A stretch of DNA of 32,000 nucleotides, from positions 240,001 through 272,000 of the forward strand of contig NZ_JHUX01000003.1 in NCBI RefSeq assembly GCF_000619845.1, read 5' to 3'. The stretch's first letter is position 1. Every line of letters begins with the position of its first letter. Of the stretch, positions 1-6,592 are shown in pieces. The position numbers and the translations under genes were made by a program. The stretch is from Alkanindiges illinoisensis DSM 15370 (GTDB lineage Bacteria > Pseudomonadota > Gammaproteobacteria > Pseudomonadales > Moraxellaceae). The notes under the pieces are model-generated. The model made no database searches. It was not told where the DNA came from and saw only the letters and a program-made list of their open reading frames with translations.

Positions 1-2
1 AT

Positions 3-791
3 CGGCCTGCAAATCCTTCAGCAGTAATCACCTGTTATAAGGCAGATGGGATTGATCCAGCAGATCTAGAAGATAACCCGGAAAAACTGGAAAAAGCAGC
101 TGGTACAGATGACCTGAACAAGAGCATGTATCAGATCAAAGATTTTTCAACAATTTTACGGGATTTGTCATACCTGATTCAGGATGCCCAGTGGGAGAGT
201 GAGTGCTATGCAGACAATTCTAATATTCCCGTCCAGCTGGTTGAGTGGCTTAAATCAGGCGTTTCAATCTTTAACCAGTTCTCTGAGCAGGAATCTGCAA
301 AACTTGTCACGTCTGTTGAGAACATTGTCAAAGCTAAGCAGCTGGGCGGATCAGACGTGTTGGCCAAAGCCGGCACCAAGTTTTCAAAAGCCACTAAAGA
401 ACAACTGGCCGACATTCATAAAACCCTCAAGGAATGTGACGGCAAGCTTGCTGCACTCGGCTACGATGCGGCAGCAGACGATGATGCAGCGGAAGATGCG
501 ACCACGAAAGCAGCTGATTCAGAGGCTTTGCAGAAAGTACGCTCTGAGCACGATCTGACCAAGGCAGACCTGACTAAAGTTCAGGGTGAGCGCGACGCAC
601 TGGCCAAACGGGTGAAAGAACTGGAAGCCCAGCCGGAAGACCCTAAGGGAGCAGTCATGGATTTAACCAAGTCTGCTGATATGAAACAGCAAGAATTTAA
701 TGTGCAGCCGGTGGTGGATGCCACGGGCGAAGTGCATGAAGCCGCCTCGCTCATTAAGGCGATTCATGCAGCACCACTCAAATTGGCGTAA
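3..791 (+). CDS. Capsid scaffolding protein or C-terminal part of a prohead protease-scaffold (lambda C/Nu3-like) protein; 5' partial
   Basis: Frame 3 has no stop from the first base of the window to the ATG at 126 used by the ORF track, so the gene starts upstream of the window. It has an Ala/Asp/Glu/Lys-rich coiled-coil-like tail (AAADDDAAEDATTKAADSEALQKV...RDALAKRVKELEAQ). It lies immediately upstream of the major capsid gene. Function is assigned from position and composition only. Confidence 0.5.
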   Translation, partial: RPANPSAVITCYKADGIDPADLEDNPEKLEKAAGTDDLNKSMYQIKDFSTILRDLSYLIQDAQWESECYADNSNIPVQLVEWLKSGVSIFNQFSEQESAKLVTSVENIVKAKQLGGSDVLAKAGTKFSKATKEQLADIHKTLKECDGKLAALGYDAAADDDAAEDATTKAADSEALQKVRSEHDLTKADLTKVQGERDALAKRVKELEAQPEDPKGAVMDLTKSADMKQQEFNVQPVVDATGEVHEAASLIKAIHAAPLKLA

Positions 792-812
792 TTCATAGCG
801 CCCTATTTCACT

Positions 813-832
813 GCACCTACGGGTGCTTTTTT
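813..832 (+). terminator. Weak intrinsic terminator after the scaffold gene
   Basis: GCACC-tacg-GGTGC (5-bp GC-rich stem) followed by T6. Confidence 0.4.
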
Positions 833-851
833 ACTTTATGGAGAACAGGCA

Positions 852-2381
852 ATGCCTAAACCAGCAAATCTGGAACAAACACTGGACGCTATGAAAGCAG
901 CACAGGCGTCCGCCATGCAAAACACGGATCTGACCAAATCCTTTACCCAGCCTGGTAGCGCGACTACAGGTCTTCAGGCGTATGATCTGGAAGGTCCATC
1001 CAAGAAGTTTTACCCAGTAGAAACCCCGCTGCGTAATTCCATTCCACGTATTACTGGTGGCTATGCGATTCAGGCAAACTGGAAAGTTATCACCAATATC
1101 AACGTACAAAATCAGCGTGCCGGTGTGGGTGAAGGCCAGCGCGGCGGCAAAATCCAGCATCAAACCGATGATTATTTTGCATCGTTCCGTGGCTTTGGTC
1201 TGGAAAACGATGTGACGTTTGAAGCCAATTATGCCTCCAAGAATTATGAAGACGTGAAAGCACTGGCAGTTGCCCAGACGCTGGAAGCGACCATGATTCA
1301 GGAAGAACGTCTGATTTTAGGTGGTAATACCTCTTTGGCCATGGGACAAACGCCCACACCAGTACTGGCTGCTGTTGCCAATGGCGGTACATTAACTGCT
1401 GCAACCAAGTCAATTATTTGTATTGCGTTAGGTCTACAGGCCTACCTTGATGTGGTTGGTATGAATAATGGCGGTATTGGCCAGATTTTCGATGCAGCCT
1501 TTGCTCAGGTGCCAGGACAAATTGTGCGTACCAATGCGGATGGTTCTACATCCACCTTTGGTGGCGGTTCTGCCCGTAAGTCAGCAGCTGCTACAGTCAC
1601 TGTGGTTAATGGTGGCTCTATCACGGCTACTGTTACACCAGTGAATGGTGCAGTGGGTTATGCCTGGTACATGGGACCTGCCGGATCTGAACGCCTGATT
1701 ACTGTCACTGCCATTAACAGTGTGATTATTAAGGATGAGCCTCAGGGCGGCGCCCAGCTGGCCAGTAGCATTGCTGATCAGGATAATTCCACCTCCAGCT
1801 ATGACTTTGACGGTTTGCTGATCCAGGCATTGAAACCCAATAGCAAGGCGTATGTGAAGTATATGCCGACCGGCACTGCTGGTGTAGGGACCAAGCTCAC
1901 CAGTGATGGCGCGGGCGGTGTGGTTGAGATCAACGAAGCGCTCTATGCGTTTTACACCCGCTACCGTTTAAGTCCTGATGTGATCTACGTCAGTGCACAG
2001 GAATTGCAGGACATCAGCACGCTGATTGTTGGCAATAATGGTGCACCGCTGTTGCAGCTCACTGTGGACGTGAACGATCCATCCAGTATTGTGGCCGGCA
2101 AGGTGGTAGGCAGCTACCTGAACAAAATCACCAATACCAAGGTTGAAATCAAGGTTCACCCTAACATGCCAACCGGCACTATTTTCTTCTTCACCCGTAA
2201 GCTGCCTTACCAACTGGCCAACGTGGCCAATACGGTACAGATGAAAATGCGCCAGGATTACTACCAGATCGAATGGCCACTGCGTACCCGTAAATATGAA
2301 TACGGTGTTTACGCAGACGGTGTGCTTCAGCACTATGCGCCATTCTCCATGGGTGTTATCACCAACATTGCCCGTCAGTAA
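852..2381 (+). CDS. Major capsid protein (509 aa)
   Basis: GGAGA Shine-Dalgarno 7 nt upstream of the ATG. It occupies the slot between scaffold and neck genes and is followed by a strong hairpin terminator, typical for the most abundant virion protein. It is longer than a plain HK97-fold coat, suggesting an insertion domain (see findings). The exact family is not assignable without a search. Confidence 0.75.
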   Translation: MPKPANLEQTLDAMKAAQASAMQNTDLTKSFTQPGSATTGLQAYDLEGPSKKFYPVETPLRNSIPRITGGYAIQANWKVITNINVQNQRAGVGEGQRGGKIQHQTDDYFASFRGFGLENDVTFEANYASKNYEDVKALAVAQTLEATMIQEERLILGGNTSLAMGQTPTPVLAAVANGGTLTAATKSIICIALGLQAYLDVVGMNNGGIGQIFDAAFAQVPGQIVRTNADGSTSTFGGGSARKSAAATVTVVNGGSITATVTPVNGAVGYAWYMGPAGSERLITVTAINSVIIKDEPQGGAQLASSIADQDNSTSSYDFDGLLIQALKPNSKAYVKYMPTGTAGVGTKLTSDGAGGVVEINEALYAFYTRYRLSPDVIYVSAQELQDISTLIVGNNGAPLLQLTVDVNDPSSIVAGKVVGSYLNKITNTKVEIKVHPNMPTGTIFFFTRKLPYQLANVANTVQMKMRQDYYQIEWPLRTRKYEYGVYADGVLQHYAPFSMGVITNIARQ

Positions 2382-2410
2382 TTTTTGCTGGCTCAGTAGT
2401 GTTTCACCTT

Positions 2411-2440
2411 AAAGCCCAGCGGCAACCCTGCTGGGCTTTT
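2411..2440 (+). terminator. Intrinsic terminator after the capsid gene
   Basis: AAAGCCCAGC-(9 nt)-GCTGGGCTTT, a perfect 10-bp stem running into a T tract. Confidence 0.6.
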
Positions 2441-2465
2441 CCATTTAAATTCAGGAGTAATAGGC

Positions 2466-2861
2466 ATGCCAAAGTATCAGGCACCCGAACACGTACAATC
2501 AGTCAGCGCGGCTGGTGTGGAATATTTGGTAGAAAATGGCCACATTGAAGCGCCATTTGAAATTCAGGCACTTATTCTGCCGCTGGGTTTTGTTCTACTG
2601 AATGAAGATCAGTTAAAAGCTGCTGCCATTGCTGAAGCGGAAGCCCAACGTGTGGTTGAAGCTGAAAGACTGGCTCAGGAAGAAGAACAGCGCAAGGCGG
2701 CTGAGCTTGCCAAGAATGCTGAAGCGGAACGCAAAAAGGCAGAGGCGGATGCCAAAAAGCAGGCAGCAGCGGAAGAAAAACGCCTGAAGGCAGAGGCGGA
2801 TGCCAAAGCCGCTGCTGATGCCGAGGCTGCCAAAAACACCCCACCAGCAAAACAGGAATAA
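2466..2861 (+). CDS. Ala/Glu/Lys-rich helical repeat protein, function unknown (head-associated by position)
   Basis: AGGAG Shine-Dalgarno upstream. The N-terminal ~50 aa are ordinary sequence. The C-terminal ~80 aa are TolA-domain-II-like AEK low-complexity sequence (AEAERKKAEADAKKQAAAEEKRLKAEADAKAAADAEAAK). Confidence 0.7.
   Translation: MPKYQAPEHVQSVSAAGVEYLVENGHIEAPFEIQALILPLGFVLLNEDQLKAAAIAEAEAQRVVEAERLAQEEEQRKAAELAKNAEAERKKAEADAKKQAAAEEKRLKAEADAKAAADAEAAKNTPPAKQE
2736..2807 (+). repeat. Perfect 21-bp direct repeat AAGGCAGAGGCGGATGCCAAA at 2736-2756 and 2787-2807 (51-bp period)
   Basis: Read directly from the sequence. It encodes the repeated KAEADAK heptad inside the 2466-2861 ORF. 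Confidence 0.9.
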
Positions 2862-2867
2862 TCCATC

Positions 2868-3398
2868 ATGGCACTGACCACACTTGAAAGGGTTAAGGAG
2901 TGGCTAAAGCTCCAGGCTGTTGCTGTGGATGATGAGCTGTTGCAGCGCCTGATTGATGCGGCCAGTGCCTTTGTGGAGAAATGGCTGGGCTTTACGGTGT
3001 TACGCCATGAAGTAGTGCGCTGGATGGACGGCAACGGCAAGGACGAGCTGGTTTTAACTGATCCGCATATTCTGGCCATAAACTCCATCACCATTGATGG
3101 CCGCTTAATTCCTGCTGGCCAGTACCGGCATGCTGACTGGTGGCTGATTCTGGATTGTGCCTGCTTTAGCCGTGGGCGCCGTAATATCTGTATCAAATAC
3201 GACATAGGCTTTGATACTGTGCCGGCTGATATAGAAAATGCGGTGATTGATCTGGTGGCGCTTGGTTACAAGGAAAAGGACCGTATTGGCCTGCAATCCA
3301 AAACACTGGCCGGTGAAACCATTTCCTATTTTACAGGCGTGTTTTCTGAGCGCAGTAAAATGGTTTTACAGCAATATAAACGGGTGGTGCCAGGATGA
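2868..3398 (+). CDS. Head-tail connector/adaptor protein (phage gp6-like, DNA-packaging/head-tail connector family)
   Basis: The N-terminus MALTTLERVKEWLKLQAVAVDDELLQRLIDAASAFVEKWLG matches the characteristic opening helix pair of gp6-like head-tail connector proteins. It sits just after the capsid module. Confidence 0.6.
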   Translation: MALTTLERVKEWLKLQAVAVDDELLQRLIDAASAFVEKWLGFTVLRHEVVRWMDGNGKDELVLTDPHILAINSITIDGRLIPAGQYRHADWWLILDCACFSRGRRNICIKYDIGFDTVPADIENAVIDLVALGYKEKDRIGLQSKTLAGETISYFTGVFSERSKMVLQQYKRVVPG

Positions 3399-3874
3399 TT
3401 GAAGCATCAGTAACAGGTGATTCAGCAGTTGTGGCCAGCATCCGTGAGCAATACCGCAAAATCACCACCAATGTGGAGCAAAGCATTGGCCGGCTCACGC
3501 TAAAGCTACTAACCCGTGTCAAGGTCAATAAGTTATCTGGCCAAGTACTCAATGTGCGAACCGGGCGGCTTAGACGTTCTATCACTCAAAAGGTGGTTAA
3601 TACGCCTAGCCAGATTACCGGTATTGTTGGCACCAATGTGGAATACGCCCGCGCACATGAAATTGGGTTTAATGGCCAGGTATCGGTTAAGGCACATTTG
3701 CGCCAGATCAAGATGGCTTGGGGTAAAAGCATTACACCGCGCACTGTAGAGATCCGGGCACATAGCCGCCAGGTCAATTTGCCGGAAAAATCATTTTTAC
3801 GATCGGCGCTGACTGACATGGCACCGGAAATCAGGCAAACACTCCAGCAATCAGTCAGGCAGGGTATTTTATGA
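3395..3874 (+). CDS. HK97 gp10-family neck/tail-completion protein
   Basis: ATGA overlap with the upstream gene. The motif GTNVEYARAHEIGF resembles the conserved Y-A-x-x-x-E-x-G core of the HK97-gp10-like family. Size (159 aa) and position fit. Confidence 0.6.
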   Translation: MIEASVTGDSAVVASIREQYRKITTNVEQSIGRLTLKLLTRVKVNKLSGQVLNVRTGRLRRSITQKVVNTPSQITGIVGTNVEYARAHEIGFNGQVSVKAHLRQIKMAWGKSITPRTVEIRAHSRQVNLPEKSFLRSALTDMAPEIRQTLQQSVRQGIL

Positions 3875-4305
3875 ATCGTGAGGCAATTTATGCTGCATTA
3901 TTTAACCGTCTGGCCAGTGTGCCTGGCTTTGTGGTTACTGAGCGGCGCCTGCGTCACTGGGACAGTGTATCCAGTGCCGAGCAGCCGTATTTGTGTGTCA
4001 CACAAGGTGGCCAAACCGTAGTGCAGGGCATTCCGGCCAAGGGCGTGCCAGCAAAGTGGTATCTTAACGCCGATGTTTATGTGTATGCACAAACAACTGG
4101 CGACCAGGTGGCCGGTACGGTCATTAATCCACTACTGGATGCAATTGAGCAGGCACTGGCTCCGGAGTTTCCGGATATCAGTAAATGCCAGACATTGGGC
4201 GGGCTGGTAGAGCACTGCTGGATTGAAGGCACCATTGAAACTGATGAAGGCACGCTGGGTGATCAGGCGGTGGCCATCGTGCCAGTGCGTATGCTAGTCA
4301 CCTGA
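3871..4305 (+). CDS. Probable tail terminator / tail-tube joining protein
   Basis: ATGA overlap with the upstream gene. It is 144 aa and is the last small gene before the tail tube gene. The call is by position only. Confidence 0.4.
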   Translation: MNREAIYAALFNRLASVPGFVVTERRLRHWDSVSSAEQPYLCVTQGGQTVVQGIPAKGVPAKWYLNADVYVYAQTTGDQVAGTVINPLLDAIEQALAPEFPDISKCQTLGGLVEHCWIEGTIETDEGTLGDQAVAIVPVRMLVT

Positions 4306-4334
4306 TTCTATATAACAGTTTTATTTTCCCCTAA

Positions 4335-4356
4335 AGGTCGCAAATGCGGCCTTTTT
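4335..4356 (+). terminator. Intrinsic terminator between neck genes and the tail tube gene
   Basis: AGGTCGC-aaat-GCGGCCT (7-bp stem with one G-U pair) followed by T5. Confidence 0.5.
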
Positions 4357-4373
4357 CATTTTGTGAGGTCGAT

Positions 4374-5147
4374 ATGGCTCAATATTTATTTAGTGCTGGC
4401 ACGGTGGTAGCAGCAGCTGACATGGATGCCTATGGCAATACCATTGCCACACCTACACCAGTTGAAATGGGTGTGCTTCAGGGTGCATCAGTTGACTTTG
4501 GTTTTGATTTAAAAACTTTGCATGGTCGAGGCCAATTTGCGGTAGATGCTGCACGTGGTAAAGGCTCAATCAAGGGTAAGGCCAGTGCAGCCCGTGTCAA
4601 TGGCGCACTGCTCAATAGTTTGGTGTTTGGCCAGACCATGACGGGCGGTTCCATCACCACCATGCCGCAATCCGTTTCCGGTAACGTAATTCCGTCATCC
4701 GGTGGCTATACGATATTAATTGCGCCACCTAGTAGCGGTACATTCAAGGGTGATCTGGGCGTCACTGATGCCAAGGCCGTACCACTGAAGCGTGTGTCGA
4801 ATGCTCCGACTGCTGGCCAGTACAGTGTTGATGAAAGCACCGGTACTTATACTTTTGCAGTAGCTGATGCGGGTAAGACCGTGTTCATTAATTACCGATA
4901 TAGCGCCACTATTGCTGGTGCCCAGGGCGGCACAGTCATGAACGTGGATATGGGTAGTGCGCCTACATTTGCACTGGATCTGATGCAGGCCTATAAGGGC
5001 AAGATCCTGCACTTTAAGTTTTATCGCTGTATGTCTAACAAGTTGGGCATGGCCACCAAGCAGGATGATTACAACATTCCTGATTTTGAATTCGAGGCCT
5101 TTGCAGATGACACTGGCCGTGTGTTTGACTGGTATTTATCGGAGTAA
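4374..5147 (+). CDS. Major tail (tube) protein
   Basis: Start moved from the ORF-track 4344 to ATG 4374. GAGG lies 5 nt upstream of 4374, whereas 4344 lies inside the terminator hairpin. The 257-aa Gly/Thr/Ser-rich protein sits directly upstream of the chaperone pair and tape measure. Confidence 0.6.
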   Translation: MAQYLFSAGTVVAAADMDAYGNTIATPTPVEMGVLQGASVDFGFDLKTLHGRGQFAVDAARGKGSIKGKASAARVNGALLNSLVFGQTMTGGSITTMPQSVSGNVIPSSGGYTILIAPPSSGTFKGDLGVTDAKAVPLKRVSNAPTAGQYSVDESTGTYTFAVADAGKTVFINYRYSATIAGAQGGTVMNVDMGSAPTFALDLMQAYKGKILHFKFYRCMSNKLGMATKQDDYNIPDFEFEAFADDTGRVFDWYLSE

Positions 5148-5152
5148 TATTC

Positions 5153-5461
5153 ATGGTACAGCAAGTTGATAACCCACGTGGCACAGTAGTGCACATTGAT
5201 GGCCAGCCCTGGTATTTTGCGCCACTGTCCCTGGGCGCTTTGGAGTTGCTATTACCAAAACTACAAAGTTTTACTGAGCAGGATCTGGGTACGGTCATTG
5301 ATGTGGCGCATAAGTCACTCAAGCGTAATTATCCGGAAATTACCCGCGCCGAGGTTGCTGACATGATCTATATGGATCAGCTGCAGGAAGTGATGGGTGC
5401 GGTCATGAGCGTATCTGGCTTAAAGGCAAACAGCCAGGGTGAAACTGCCCAGGGGGAATGA
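5153..5461 (+). CDS. Tail assembly chaperone (gpG-like)
   Basis: A 102-aa acidic protein in the canonical slot between tube and tape measure genes. It is followed by an overlapping -1 frame ORF. Confidence 0.55.
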   Translation: MVQQVDNPRGTVVHIDGQPWYFAPLSLGALELLLPKLQSFTEQDLGTVIDVAHKSLKRNYPEITRAEVADMIYMDQLQEVMGAVMSVSGLKANSQGETAQGE

Positions 5462-5706
5462 ACTGGGGGGAGCTTTACGCCCATTTGATTGCATGCACCG
5501 GTTATACGTGGGAGTACATAGAAAATAATATGGACTTACCACGGCTGGCCAGTATGAATGCTTACTGGGCCAAGCACCCCCCGTTGCATTTAATGATCCA
5601 GTGCTTTATGGGAATTGAGGAAAAATCGGTATCTGGTGAGCAATTGCCAGATGCTGAGCCGGAAATGGATATTCTGGAGTTTGCCCAGCAATTCCCGCAG
5701 GGTTGA
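5458..5706 (+). CDS. Tail assembly chaperone second ORF (gpT-like); may be made as a G-T fusion by -1 frameshifting and/or from its own ATG
   Basis: It is in the -1 frame relative to 5153-5461, with an ATGA overlap. The -1 frame opens only at 5443, and a G5 run lies at 5452-5456. Confidence 0.5.
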   Translation: MNWGELYAHLIACTGYTWEYIENNMDLPRLASMNAYWAKHPPLHLMIQCFMGIEEKSVSGEQLPDAEPEMDILEFAQQFPQG

Positions 5707-5747
5707 GTTTGTGCTAGATTTCCTCATGATTATAAAAGGATCAAATT

Positions 5748-6527
5748 ATGAGAAATCTGGCAGTTTTGTTTTTAGGAATTACTTTATCTGCTACAACTTA
5801 TGCAGAAATAAATAATGATGAACTTGCAGTACTGAAGCAATCAGAAAATGATTCAATACAACAAAGTATTGGAGAAATTGAAAGACAGGCTGATACCCGA
5901 CTGAAACAGCTTGAAGAATTAGGAAGTTCAGTTACTAAAAAGAATATAATTAGTAGTAAAAATGAGCCTGTAATATTATCGCCTGAAGAATATAAAAATT
6001 ATGGGATAGAGCCATTTTATACAGATAGCGAAATTGCATTTTATAAGGAAGCAGGGGAATATTTAGAAACAAAAGAGAAAAATAATATTTTGATGTCAGT
6101 TTCTAAAAGTGGAAAAGAGTACGTTGGATTTTTTGGTGAAAACACTGATGATTATACTGGTGATGCTTGGAGCGTAAGTTGTTCAAAAGATCGAATGACT
6201 GATAAAAAAAGATGTGTTTTAAGCAAATTTGAATTTGTTATTTTATATGACGTTAATGGACTTAGAACTACGGTTAGCAAGGATTTGGGATCTCTTAATG
6301 ATCGGCAAAATAATTATCTGCGCGTTGATAATAAACCTTCATTTACAACAAGAGGTATTTACCTAAATGCGACTAGTAAGTCCATTGTTGAGCAGTTAAA
6401 AAGAGGCACTACTTTAAAGACAAGGTTTTTTGAGTGGAGTGGGGAAATGTATGAGGAAACTATACCACTAGATGGCTTTAATGAAGCTTATAGTTTTATG
6501 CTTAAAGCATATGCCGCTTTAAGGTAA
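5748..6527 (+). CDS. Secreted/periplasmic protein of unknown function (moron)
   Basis: AAAGGA Shine-Dalgarno 7 nt upstream. Signal peptide MRNLAVLFLGITLSATTYA/EINN. It contains two Cys (WSVSCSKDRMTDKKRCVL). The DNA is visibly much more AT-rich than the flanking tail genes, and the gene has its own terminator. Confidence 0.8.
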   Translation: MRNLAVLFLGITLSATTYAEINNDELAVLKQSENDSIQQSIGEIERQADTRLKQLEELGSSVTKKNIISSKNEPVILSPEEYKNYGIEPFYTDSEIAFYKEAGEYLETKEKNNILMSVSKSGKEYVGFFGENTDDYTGDAWSVSCSKDRMTDKKRCVLSKFEFVILYDVNGLRTTVSKDLGSLNDRQNNYLRVDNKPSFTTRGIYLNATSKSIVEQLKRGTTLKTRFFEWSGEMYEETIPLDGFNEAYSFMLKAYAALR

Positions 6528-6556
6528 AAAGTTTTATAACTGTTTTAATTAAATTA

Positions 6557-6578
6557 AACCACCTCCGGGTGGTTTTTT
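6557..6578 (+). terminator. Intrinsic terminator after the moron
   Basis: AACCACC-tccg-GGTGGTT followed by a T run. Confidence 0.7.
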
Positions 6579-6592
6579 ATTGGGTGTAGGAA

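Noticed and set aside
2675-3205. 176-aa minus-strand ORF
   Set aside because: It is antisense to two well-supported plus-strand phage genes. Its Ala/Ser-rich translation is simply the complement of the GCN/GAA repeat region. It has no SD and is a shadow ORF.
4344-4373. Upstream extension of the tail tube ORF (ORF-track start 4344)
   Set aside because: The start lies inside the 4335-4356 terminator hairpin and has no SD. ATG 4374 has GAGG 5 nt upstream.
5615-5815. 66-aa plus-strand ORF bridging the chaperone T ORF and the moron
   Set aside because: It is out of frame with both better-supported genes and crosses the composition break. It is likely spurious.
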